Part shown: positions 35,227-47,478 of the stretch, one piece after another
Position numbering within the stretch: position 1 is the stretch's first letter
Layout of the letters: every line of letters starts with the position of its first letter
Assembly (NCBI GenBank): GCA_052426225.1
Contig: JBNJNM010000015.1
Coordinates: 1,550,001 to 1,614,000, forward strand
Reading direction: 5' to 3'
Length of the DNA: 64,000 nucleotides
Source: Zancudomyces culisetae HAW-14-8
Taxonomy: Eukaryota > Fungi > Kickxellomycota
Translations under genes and position numbers: made by a program
Notes under the pieces: generated by a model
What the model was told of the DNA's origin: nothing
Seen by the model: only the letters and a program-made list of their open reading frames with translations
The model's database searches: none

Positions 35227-37247
35227 ATGGGTTCGGGAAAATTATCTAAATCGTCCAATCCTGCTGAAAAACAGAGTAAACTTATTTTGTCTTGTCTCAG
35301 TTTATTGCAATTCTATTAATCTTGTTTTTTCGTCTTTCAACTTTTACATTATTCTATACAATAGGAAGGCTGGAACGTAAAAAAGAATTAAAAAAGGTAT
35401 GAACTTCTTTTGCATTATATGTTATTGCAGATTCTCTCCAGATCATTTTTGGGTTTGATCTTTTTTTATCTCTCAGATTATGCATTATTATAGCTAAAAG
35501 AAGTTCGGAAACAAAATAAAGAGACTTCATTGCTTTATCGAGATACTTCAAAGCTTGAAAAGGAGCTCAAAAAGTACAAACAACTAGGTATAAAAATCCG
35601 CTATTACAATCTTTAATAGTCTCTATAAAGCAATCGCTTTCCAAAATCCTTCTACTTTATAAAATATTAACTATACACACATAAAATTTTCTCTTCCTAG
35701 AAAAATCTGGAAATATCGATAAGAACGGCATCGCCAAGTTAAAAAGACTACAAGAAGAGCTGGATACCATTACAAACCTTAGAAAGGAACATGGAATAAA
35801 GATTAAAAAGTACGTTGTCGTTTTTAATGATGAACCTTAAACGATTTTTACCTAATATATAATCACCTATAAACTTAGGCAAAAGAAAGATCCGAATTTT
35901 GCCCCCTTCGATCCTTTACAGTCTGAGAATAAAGGTATTTTTTACATTATATTTTGAATATACAAGTACTTGTAAATATTAACAAAGTTGATACTGGATC
36001 TTTTTTTAGAGAATATTGAAGGGTATGAAATAGGTGAAGACATTGATGACTCTGATGTCTCTAACTTGTCTGGAGGTAGGTTTTTTCACTTTTTTTTAAG
36101 CCTTTTTTGTTTCCTTTGGGCATTACACACTCAAATTAATTTTCTACTTGGTATAACATCTAAAATATTAATGTGTCATTCAACAGTTTCTGGGTTGGAG
36201 TCTTATTCTGAACATGAATCAGAAGATGAACACAAAACTGAAGAAGGTCAAGATTATTTCCCACCCTTACCCGTTGGAACACCACCAAATATCGAAAGCG
36301 AACTGAATTCAGATGAAATTTGGCCACCGTACCCATCATCTGGGCCTAGAAAAGGCTATACAAGAAATAAAACGTATCGACCCCACCATCCTCGGTCAAC
36401 CCAACAGAGATTTAACCCAAATGCTCAACAGGGCTATGCGCAACATCATACAGGTCATCCCCCTTATTCCAACATTGCCCATATTCCGCCGCCCAACTTT
36501 CCTTATCATCCAGGCCAAATGAACGCTTACCCACCCATTCCCCCTATGCCTCATATGCAACATATACCACCTATGCCATATCCACCCCCCTCTGGTCCCT
36601 TCCCTGGCGCACCTCCCATGGTACCACCGCATATGCCGCCTCACATGCCGCCTAATTTACCACCTCCGCACATGCTACCTCCCTATGTCCATGGTTTCCA
36701 ACCCTATCCCTCAAACCATAACCATCCGCACGGCAGTGACGTAGCTGCTCGACCATCATTGGAGCAAAGCGCTCAAGTAGCTAAGGCTTATTCAAGAGAA
36801 ATCCAAGCTACGGTCCTGCAGGCTGAACCCAAGATCCGTGATCTCAAAAAGGAACTGACTGCGTTTGTTCCTCAAAGTATACAGAAAAAGAAACTAGAAC
36901 AAAGCAAAACAAACAAATTTATTGAAAGCATTGGTGCGGTTGAGCTCCCCAAGGTTGTTGTCAATACTGCTCCAGATGTCGACGACTCGGACTCCGAAGA
37001 CGCTACAGAACACAAAGCTCGCTTTGAGGGACTATCCAAATCTATCCTTGGTCAAAGCTTAAATAGGGCAGATCTTGGTACAGCTTCTTACTTTACGTTT
37101 AGCACTACTTCAGACAACCCTGCAAATTCACATGAGGATTTAACAGGAAAAGGCAACTCTAAGAAAGGTAAGGAGCCAGGCCAGAAGCCTACCTCCATTA
37201 ACGACGATTATTCTCGGTTTATGGACGACGTATCGGACTTGCTCTAA
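35227..37247 (+). CDS. WBP11: WW domain-binding protein 11 (splicing factor), multi-exon
   Basis: Spliced N-terminus MGSGKLSKSSNPAEKQRRLERKKELKKLKEVRK (cf. NPTDQARKEARKRELKK), Pro-rich middle, AEPKIRDLKKELTAFVP, and C-terminal DDYSRFMDDVSDLL. Confidence 0.88.
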
Positions 37248-37596
37248 CTACTTCTGTTCCAGGGTGTAATCTTGGGTAGGGGGCTTCTATGTTTATTTGT
37301 AGATTTTTGTACCATATTGAGTGTAAAAAGCTTTTTAATCTTTTTTTTGTCTAGTATTGATAGAATTGTTTAACATATACTCATCACCATTCAACCAAGT
37401 TTTTTTAAAGCTGCCAATTACATAATAAAAAAGAAAAAGAAAAAAAAGAGAAATTGGTTTTTTGTTTTCATTTTCCGTTTTTTCACCAAACTTGAATATA
37501 GTCTTAGCAACATACACACTTCACCTATTCATATATAGCATTGAAAGTCAGTTTGTGGAATATATTACGCAATACTAGGACAAACAGAGCAGAGCC

Positions 37597-39443
37597 ATGT
37601 CAACTGCAAATTCCTCAAAGTACCATGGTTTGCCCGATGTGGTCAGTTCTTGAGCAATAATACCTTAACCAACTTTATTATGTATGTATGCTTTGAATGA
37701 TAGTCAGAAATATATGGTTTTATATTTCAAAATAGGCATTCGACCAGCCAGATGTTTACGAAACGCCAGATGTTCAAGAAAAAACAGAACCCGAATTGGT
37801 AATTTTTTTTCCAACATTTCTAACCCCAAGCGAAGAAAGTTGCTTTACTAACTAAATCTTTGCCTTTTAATATCCCTAGAACATCAACTTTGTTACAGAA
37901 AATAAAGAGCTGGACATTCACAATCTAGACATTAAAGATGCGAAGAACTATTTTGGTATAAAAGACAAAACAAACTCTGGTAATTCAATTCTCTATACAC
38001 TGTAAAACTCGCATAACAATTTATAGCAATAGACGGATATGCCATTCTAGCCAATCTGGTAACGGTTTGTATTTACTATTGTTAATTTAGATAAGGAAAA
38101 CTCTGCAGAAAAGTACCGCAGAGCACTGTACAAAAGCTATTTACTGGAAAACATCGAAAACGAAATCTCTGTGTACTCATCAACCAAGTCGCAATACAAT
38201 GAGGGACTTTTTACCGAAACACCTTTGGAAAAACTAACTAGACTGACATTTGAGATTCAAGATCTCCAGTCATCGCTAGAGAATGTAAGCCACCTATGCG
38301 ATCTATGTGTACTTGATCTCACGAGAACCTTTCTTTTTATGATCTATTATTCTTTTGTTGTTGATCCACTATCTAAACACGTATATCTAGGACGACAAAA
38401 TCCACAATAAAGAAAAGATTGCATCCGCGGCTTCTGAGCTGAAACAGAACTTGGAAGCGATTTCAGAACAAAGGGATAGATTATCCTCCGATAACGGTAA
38501 AATTGTCAGTAGCGCGTTGTGGGATCGACTTAATTCTAGCAGTTCCAAAAAATCTACGGGAGAAGCTTTTGCCGAAAATTCTGTATGTTTATTATTTCAT
38601 GTACTTGCTCTTCTCAAAATAACATTATTTATTGTGCTCAACATTGTAAAATCCATAATTTCTATTTTTTTAAACGAGGTATTTTTGTTATTAGGATCAA
38701 AAGCAAAGACTAGAAATCCCCATTTCGGAGTTTGAATCGAGAATCTCACGACTTGAAGCAGTACTTGGGTGTACCACGGATAATCTCGATCAATCAAAGG
38801 TTGTTTTATGCTCTTATACCAAAAATTTAATGCTGGTCATCTATAATTTTTCATAGTTGCTTATCCCTTATGCTTAACAACATACTAGACTACTCCAAGT
38901 ATAACTGAAAGATTGGACACCTTGAACGGACAGATCAGTTTGTTATCAAATCCTGCAAATCTTGATTCTATATCCCGCAGGGCAAAGCAAATATCTGTAG
39001 ATTTGGAAAAATTGGACTCGCTATATTCCCAAGTTTCTCAAAAATCTTCCGAATCTGAAGCTAGTTCGGGTGTAGACACAAGCAAACTCGCAAATACAAA
39101 CACAAATCCTCGTCTTTTGATCACCAAATCGAATCTGGAGAAAATAGACAGCCTTTTTGAGAATATCCCTAGATACGAGTTTCTGCTCTCTGTGCTCCCC
39201 GGGCTAATGAACCGTTTGGAAAACCTTAACCAAATACATACCAAAGCTGCGGATTTGGTTTCATCATTTGAATCGTCTGTCCAGGCTAGTAATGTAAACG
39301 ATGCAAAATTGAAAGAGTTGAAAGAGGTGTGTGGCAATTTGGAACTTAGTATCTCTTCAAACAAAGCTGTTATGGAAAGCAATATCAAGTCTCTAGAGGA
39401 ACGGATTCTGAAGCTGAATGATAAAACCCTAGATAAGAAATAA
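37597..39443 (+). CDS. DCTN2: Dynactin subunit 2 (dynamitin/p50), multi-exon
   Basis: Spliced KYHGLPDV-AFDQPDVYETPD (cf. [20 protein letters not shown]), ETPLEKLTRLTFEIQDL, LPGLMNRLENLNQIHTKA, and a coiled-coil C-terminus NIKSLEERI. Confidence 0.9.
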
Positions 39444-40281
39444 CCCTTCTCTTTTTTTCTCAGATTCTTTCTCACTTTTGATCCGTACTCCAAAATTAAC
39501 GCGTTTCTATGCAATTCTACTACATAGTAAACCCAGAAGTTGGTTTAGCTATATTGTTGGAGCAATGTCAGTTTTTTTCAATGAATACATTTTGTCTTTA
39601 CCCCAGCCAATCCACAAAAGCTGGGGGAAGTGGGGGGGGGTGTTAAACCTTTTTTCTTTTGTTGTAGCTCTGATAATTTATTTTTCAAGTTACATAATAT
39701 GCATTTGTGGTTCCAAAAATGGTTTTCTATACTGTGCATCTATACTATTTGGGTTAGTCGGAAAAGTTTACATATTCTACTGCGCGCATTTTTTCATGGT
39801 TTGCTCGCCCTTTTCGCTGAAAGTTTTGACTTTTATTGTAAACGCCCCTATTTAATGTATAGTTATTATGTATGTGTTTCTCAATCAAAAACCACTAATT
39901 TATAGAGCATGAAAGATAGAATAAGGGAGGATAATATCTTGCTTTTTAGGCTCTATATTCTTGTATCTACTTACAATCTGTCAGTCAGTAGAATGGCTGA
40001 TTGCGTCATTGTCATGCTCAGAATCTATACACCCGTTCATTTTGATTAAAGAAAATAGAAGAAAGTGCGTTTATACGCGATCAGTAAGTGCAACTTGTCA
40101 CAACTTTTATAAAACAAGAATGTGTTTTATCAGGCATAACTTACCACAAGCAAAAATATAATCGAGTCGCCTGAAACCAACATGAGCAACAACGCAATCC
40201 TAACTACCAACAGGATGCAAAAGCTCACTAGGCATAAAAATGTATTTGTGTATCCATTATATCCACTATGTACGTATTCAG

Positions 40282-40871
40282 TTATTTGATTAGATCACTT
40301 TTTGTGTTTGCATCTGATAAAGCAACTGTGCTAACCATCACCTCAAAGTCTCAAAGTCTCAAAGTTTCAAATTCTAGAGTTACTTACGATTTGTTGTTCA
40401 AGGTCTTGTAGCATTTTGCAAGTATTCTTTCGACAACACATAAAATCACAACTGAAAAATACAACAGTACATACCCACTTGTCGTAGATACTGTGATGTT
40501 GCTGACCGGAAACGTTATACTTTTGGTGCTCTGGGTGGTATTTTGATTTGTACCACCCAAGGTTTTTCCATTTGCGTTTCCAGAATTTCCCTCTGCTACA
40601 ATTTCAATTATATATCATATAGTTTAGCTAGTATTCACTAAAAACATTGTCATCAAATGTATCTCCTGATGCTATTCTTTCATATTTTTTTACAGCAAAG
40701 GAATTTATGAATTATCAGAAAACCATCCTTATACTCACCATAAACTGTCGAGTCTGCCGAACCAGGCTGGTTGGGTATATCTTTGGCAACCGCTTTTATG
40801 AGATAGTCACTTTTATCAATAATGTTACTTTCGTCAGGGCGGCTGGTTAATATTAATGTTACTGTTTCCAT
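40282..40871 (-). CDS. Putative small (approx. 100 aa) three-exon hypothetical protein (40871-40739, 40595-40475, 40330-40282)
   Basis: ATG in context ccaATGG; consensus donors GTGAGT and GTATGT with TAG acceptors give a phase-consistent product METVTLILTSRP...AEGNSGN...GTVALSDANTKSDLIK. No recognisable homology; the last exon is uncertain. Confidence 0.45.
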
Positions 40872-41858
40872 TGGAGCTGATTGTATAATAAACTGGTATT
40901 CTATTTTTTTTATCAGTGATTCAGTATATTTTTTTCTCTCTTTGTTCTTTTTATGCAACTTGGCCGATGTAAATACTTTTTTTTTTGTTAAAAACAAAAT
41001 CAGGTATTCAGTTGAACCCGTTTGAGTTCAAAACTAACTGGTAGTTCTGATAACACCAAAAACTTGAACCTCAACCTCAACCTCAACCTCAAAATATGAA
41101 AAGCAGGGGGGGGGATGAGATAAATGATTTGAAGGCGTCTGATATATTGATTTATAACGCATACACGTGCTAAAACACAACTCGGATTGTGTATGCAGCA
41201 ACCATTTGTTAGCTTATTTTGCCTCTATCGTGATTATGCGACTTTGGATGCAAATTAATACGTGACCCCACACACAACTCAAGTTTTGAGTTACCTTACT
41301 CTCTGTATATTTGAAAAAGCGCTCTTAAATCATTGACCCAGGGAGTGTGTCATCTCGGATTGGGTGACGAAAAAACTGGTTTAAACTCCTTTTTTATATG
41401 CACTTTAGTTGGCAGGATACAATTAAAGGAGAAATTTTTTATCAAAGTATATTGGAATTTCCATACTGCTTTTTACAGCTTTAATTAGCTTTTTTTTTTT
41501 GGTGATCAAAAAAGACATAAACACGCGGAATAACTTGTAATTGTGAACCAGAGCCCAAAGCTGTTCTCCAAGTCATTATTGAACATGTATACACTCAAGA
41601 AGATTAGATCATGTATACACGCTTTTCGTACTCTTTTTGTTACTATATAATAATATATATCACGTACTTTCAAGACTGCTGGCAAAAGAAAAAAGCGAAT
41701 GATCGTTGGTTATTCTGTTAATTGTGTCAAAGAAAACTTTATTTCATGTTATAATTTTTGCTCCTATAAGATAAAACCAAAACCCCTAAAACATTACGAT
41801 TTTTAATAGCGACGGAAATGACAGTTATGAGGCTACGTACCAGTTGTTTACAATATTT

Positions 41859-43818
41859 TCAGCCAAGATAGTTTATTTTTAAGATCCTCTCACAATACCT
41901 CCTTATGAATTGAAGCATCTTTGTATATTCGACGCTCTCATTATCGCTGACAAGATATTCTGCTTCATTAAATGTGTCATATATAGCCATTCTCTCCGAA
42001 ATGCTTTTGATATCTGTAACAAACTTTTGTAAAAATCGTTTAAATCCTTTGGAGAGTAGGTCAATATCTTCACTACTAAGGGCTGAAAAATGTATTGGCC
42101 TCTCAACCTCTTCTGTGAATTTCCCAGTAACCTCTTTGAATTTGACAATAATATCCACATATCTTGTGATGTATGATAGTTTTTTATTCACAAACTCACT
42201 CTTTAAAGTAACCTTTTCCAGTTGCCTGTCAAGCTCGAGTACCCTATCTTTGTACATATCAATGCCGCTTTGTAACCTGAATTGAATATCAATTTTAAGC
42301 TGGCTAAGTCGTTCTTTAACCACAGATACAAGATATCCCTGCGCGAAAAGCTCTGAAACCTTATCGAGAATTACTCTTTTTACAAGCCTACTCTCGCTAA
42401 CATCAGAATGATTAAAATATACACGTAAAGATGTGTAAAAGGAGTTTATTTCCTCTTCGATCTTTGTGCTGTGTCTAAGAGTCATGGATATCTGGCTTTC
42501 CACTTCACTGACATAAACGTAATCACCAATCTCCTTTGCAGTTTCAAGTCTTGCATCCATCAAGTCGTTAATATAGATGATGTATTGAGATAACTTTATT
42601 CGAACAGCCTCCAGTCCCACGGCTAACTTTTTAAGCCTGTGAGGTATATTTTCAGTAAAGAAAAATGGAACAAGGTTGTCAATATCCGTGCCCCTATGCA
42701 ATTTCTGTTTAATCTTTTTTAGCTCGGCTTGGGCGAGTTCTACTTTTTCATTGGCAGCAAACAGCTCAGCTCGTATGTTTTTTAAATAATCTCTAAAATT
42801 AGCATCATAGATACCGTTTCTTTCAGGTGCTGTGATACTCTCGTGAATTTTAGATACTAATCGGTCGGCTACAAGCTCGAGAGTATACGCTTTGGCAGAG
42901 ATTGCTATTACTTCAACAAATGGACGGAATTGGTCTACTTGCATATCCGAAACATTTTCAACATTGGACAACAACTTTTGTAGGCCATTAATCATAGAAT
43001 ATACAAAGCCAATGTCTACAGCATCTTCAACTTGCAGAGCTAAAACAATCCACTTTTCGTTCCCTAAATAGCTGTGACTGCGTCTTGATGTAGTAAAGTT
43101 GGAATAACTATTGAAGATATCTTTAAACGTTTCCTTCTTTTTAATAACAGCTTTAAAAGCTTGAACTAAGACACCCAAATTCTCTATAGCAGTCTTGACA
43201 TTATCTGTAGAACTATAATAATTTTCATCACCATATATTACTTCTTGTTTTTGAATGCTTATCCTTTCAATCTGTGAAATACATGTGTCAACATGCTGTA
43301 AATAATACAGTACGGATGATTTGTAGCTAGATATACTTTTTTTTAAAAGATTTTCCGTAATTGAAAAATACGATGTTGCCTCAGAAAATGACATTGTACG
43401 TTCTATTCATTAATACCTTGTCCAGTTATTTTGTTGAAAATGCAATATAAATACCTACTAGCTAAAAAAAAAACTTACTGTCCGCTATTTTCGTTAGTTG
43501 AGCCAGTTGTATAAATGAATCCAATTCTATAATTACAATCATATTCATAATCATGTTCATAACGATATTCATCCCAAAAAATATAAGCAGTGCCAAATAT
43601 ATGTAAAGTTTCAATCAAACGAATAACAGTTGGAACGTTAGAATACTTGAACATTACTGTATAAAAAAATGTACAAACGTACCAGATGCTTGGTCACGCG
43701 TCCCAGCCCTGGCTTCATTGAAAGGTTCTAGGTTGGACTCTCTTTCAGGTACCAATACCGAGGTAACAGTACCCAAACAAGTAATCAAGAGAAGACAAGC
43801 GGTGCAATTAAAAATCAT
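41859..43818 (-). CDS. Secreted alpha-helical/coiled-coil hypothetical protein, 575 aa (exons 43818-43683, 43526-43479, 43402-41859)
   Basis: Two phase-1 introns (GTACGT..TAG, GTAAGT..TAG) join a signal-peptide exon (MIFNCTACLLLITCLGTVTS) in frame to the 511-aa ORF. The body shows heptad-like amphipathic helices. Confidence 0.75.
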
Positions 43819-46041
43819 GTTCAAATATTAATAACCTTTGCTTTGACTAAGTGCAAATATGATGTTTTGATAAATATCTTCCAAGATGCGAAAGCACAGT
43901 AGGTGGTATCTTATTGTGAGCCTTTTCGAAACCAAAAACTTTAAAAAATTATTAAAGAATACCTTGTCTGAGTATATGATATTTATACCTTGACCCGACT
44001 TCAAACGCAACACAAATATTTAAGGTTTCCAAGGTGTATTCATCAATCTATCAGCAATGGTAAGATTATCTTTGATTTGTTTTAGTGCTTTTAAAACCAA
44101 GCAAGCCTGTTATATTACAAAAGTGCTAGAAACGACAAAAAAACACGTTTAGATATTAACACTATTGAGAGGTACTATTAAGCCATTTGACACAACTTGA
44201 TTTCGGTTGTTTTTGCTTATTAAAAATGCACATCAGCCGCCATCAAGCAAACCATCTATCTCGTCTTTTTTTTCACTACTCGTTGGAACCAAAGATTTAC
44301 CCGCCAGTCTATCAGTATATTCACATCTGCATGGTCAACAACTAGAAGAAATAGTTTACCTAAAAAGGCTCCTTTTTTCTTCTTTGAGAGAGGCGAGAGG
44401 GAGGTTAATTGTAAAAAAGTCTTTAGAGTCTAATTGAGCCTATTTCTGGTAAAGTTGATGGATAATTTTATGGCAAAAAGTGGAAATTAATATACTTAAA
44501 GACTTTAAGCGTTTATGGTTATTTCAATACTAAATAACAGTAGATTAAGGTTGTACTTGGTATGGATAATAAAAAAACAAGAGAATAGAAGGATACTAAA
44601 AGTGTCATCCGGGAAATGTCTAGTTTTTTTTCCGGATATATTAAACACATTGAGAACCACAAGTGTAACACATACTAATGGAAATTTTTGTGATGTATCC
44701 TACACATATACGACGCTGTAACCTACGCTGTCTTTTGTGGCAAGTTCATTGTTTAGGGTGCGTTTAGTGGTTCTGTTTCCTTATGTTATGAAGAGAGAGT
44801 AGGAGAGTATAGATGATAATAACATTCTATAAAGGCAAATGGTAACATGCCACATCCACTGCAAGATTAATGCAGTGCTCTATATCGAACAAATGTAAAT
44901 CGCTATTTATTTGAATGGCACATGGTTTTCGGCATTTTTCTGATTATCAGGTATGTATGGATATACACCAAATGGATTTTTTTTTGATTCCGGCTCAACA
45001 ACGGGGGGAGAGGAGAGAGAGAGAGATTTTCAGTTTCTATGGCTCTGTAAAATTACTATCATTATTGAAGAAAGAGTTGAACCTGGTAGATTTAATATTG
45101 AACCTTGTTTGTGTAGTTGTGGGTATCCTCAAAAATGAAAGACTACACACTCCAACAATATGTCTAGTTTTCTTTTTTTTCTTTCTTTTGGAGAGAAGGT
45201 GGGAAAGGAAAAGATACTATAATGGATATGCTTGAAAGCTTGCACTATTAGAGATAAAAATAATAATATCTATACAGAATAAACATCATATGGGGTACAC
45301 ATTGCTGGAATTGTTATGTCACATGACCTTGTAGTGAAATTAGTGCAACCACCTATGCGTTTTCTTTACACCCTTTCCGAATCATCCGAGCTAATTCCTG
45401 GATAGATGATACGGGTTATTTATTTGGCGTATCCAGCATTATGATAGTAATAGTTCGATTTCTTTTTATGGTTTCTCATCTTGTTTTGCAAAATTTTCTA
45501 AAGGTTAATTTATACACCAAAACTTCAACTTTCGGAGTAAATAGCCCAAACTACTTTAATTAGAGTGTTTTTCCATCCAAAAGGAGCATTTGCGCTATCT
45601 ATGATTATTGCTGCAGAAACTAAATTGAGAATGTATGCAGAAAAGTAGAAGCTCAATGTTTACAATATATATTTACAAGCCAACCACAAGCAACTTAATA
45701 AACGGGTAAATGTATATAGGGTGAGCAGTTACGAAGGTTAGCATTTTTTTATTCTGAAATCAAAATGAGCACTTTGGGCAGATCAAATGCAGCAAACAAA
45801 GCCAAAGTTAAAGAAAAAGTATTTTTATACCTCATTTTGTAGTACCTTCTAAGTAACACACATTACTTTGTTGTTTTTCTTTTACCCCAGTTGAATATAT
45901 AAGGTTTATACAAACTCAGCACTTTTTTCTTCAAACTAGTTTTAAAATTACTCGTTTTTTTTTCAACTAACGCTTTTGTAACAAGAGCAAACCAGTTTAG
46001 GCCTTAGAAAAAGCAAAACCAGCTAGTTAGTACATCTAAAT

Positions 46042-47274
46042 ATGCGTATTCAGTATATATCACTATCACTTTTTGTGAGCGTTTGTTGCCAGGTGAACAA
46101 CAAAAAGGATAAAATAATATTCACATTTGGTGATAGCTTGACAAACACGGGCAACATAAACACAAAACCCTCATCACAAAGTAGTATTGCTTTCTGGAAT
46201 GGAAGATACAGTAACGGTCCAGTCTGGACAGAGTACCTGGCGTATGATCTAAATGCCAGAATAGTTGACTTTTCGTATGCAAATACCAAACAATTTGATA
46301 GCACAATCAGGTCGAAGAGCCTCCTGGAACAAATCAAAACATTCGAACAGTACTATAATACCCTCCCGGAGGCGGAAAAGAGGAGCGATGGAAAGGATAT
46401 GATTGCGGTGATTGGAGTAGATATTGCAGATTACTTCAATTTTAACTTTGTGTTTGAAAAATACCCATTTTCAAGGAATGACTTTAAAGAGTATGGGTTC
46501 GCAAACAGCACAAAAAATCCTGAGCGGGATTATCAAAGTCTGAAGAGCAGCAGGGAGAGATTGGCAGAGTATTACGAAAGATTCCATAACTTTTATGAAT
46601 ATGTCTATACATTTCAGAATACCAATGTAAAAAAACTAGTGATACTGAACTACCCTAATCATTTGAACCATCCGTTTTTGTTGAAATCGATGCAATCTAG
46701 CAGAATTAAGGCATTTTCTGAGCGATTTGAAGAGAATGTGGAATATATCAATGGTCGACTTGAGTTTATGATACAAGAAAAATTCTCCCATTTTTCAACT
46801 GACTACAAGATTAATGATGATAAATATATCAAGATAGAAATACTTGACCTGTATAAACTTACCGATTATGTTTCGTCCTTAGGATTTAGGGCGCTAGCTG
46901 AGCATTTCGTCACAAACTGGAAAAGGGAGAAGAAAGACAGGCAACATGAAAACCCACAATCTGAGGCAAGTGGTACTTACACAACTAAAGATGCTATGAG
47001 ACCCAAGAAGGACCAAGAGATAAAAAAAGACGCAAGCTTTCGAGATAGGGATATAGCATTTGCCGATAGATACCATTTCTCCACACTTACACACAGATTT
47101 ATTGGTGCAGTGGCAAAGCTACTGGTTGAGGGTAAACGCTTTAAATACACAGGAGAAGAACTACTTGATGTGGGAGAGAAGTGTTTTCAGGATTATATGA
47201 AAAACATAGATCAGAAAAACCTTAATTCCTTGACAGTTAAAGAATTACCAGTAACGATAACGCGAGTAAAATAA
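46042..47274 (+). CDS. Secreted GDSL/SGNH lipase-acylhydrolase (thermolabile hemolysin/CE16-like)
   Basis: Signal peptide, FTFGDSLTNTGN, GRYSNGPVWTEYLA and C-terminal FADRYH (DxxH). Confidence 0.9.
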   Translation: MRIQYISLSLFVSVCCQVNNKKDKIIFTFGDSLTNTGNINTKPSSQSSIAFWNGRYSNGPVWTEYLAYDLNARIVDFSYANTKQFDSTIRSKSLLEQIKTFEQYYNTLPEAEKRSDGKDMIAVIGVDIADYFNFNFVFEKYPFSRNDFKEYGFANSTKNPERDYQSLKSSRERLAEYYERFHNFYEYVYTFQNTNVKKLVILNYPNHLNHPFLLKSMQSSRIKAFSERFEENVEYINGRLEFMIQEKFSHFSTDYKINDDKYIKIEILDLYKLTDYVSSLGFRALAEHFVTNWKREKKDRQHENPQSEASGTYTTKDAMRPKKDQEIKKDASFRDRDIAFADRYHFSTLTHRFIGAVAKLLVEGKRFKYTGEELLDVGEKCFQDYMKNIDQKNLNSLTVKELPVTITRVK

Positions 47275-47478
47275 TAGTTTTCCTTTTTTTTCCTTCTTGA
47301 TATTTGCATCTATTCAAGTTTAATAAAACTAACTCTTTTAGGGATATTCCAAAAGTTTCTAAGATTCTATATATATATATAAAAATACCCCATATAAAAT
47401 ATACAATATTTACAATACAAAAAAAAAAAAGGAGTAGCGATGATTGCAAAATAAAAAGAAAACAAGAATGAAATTTAT

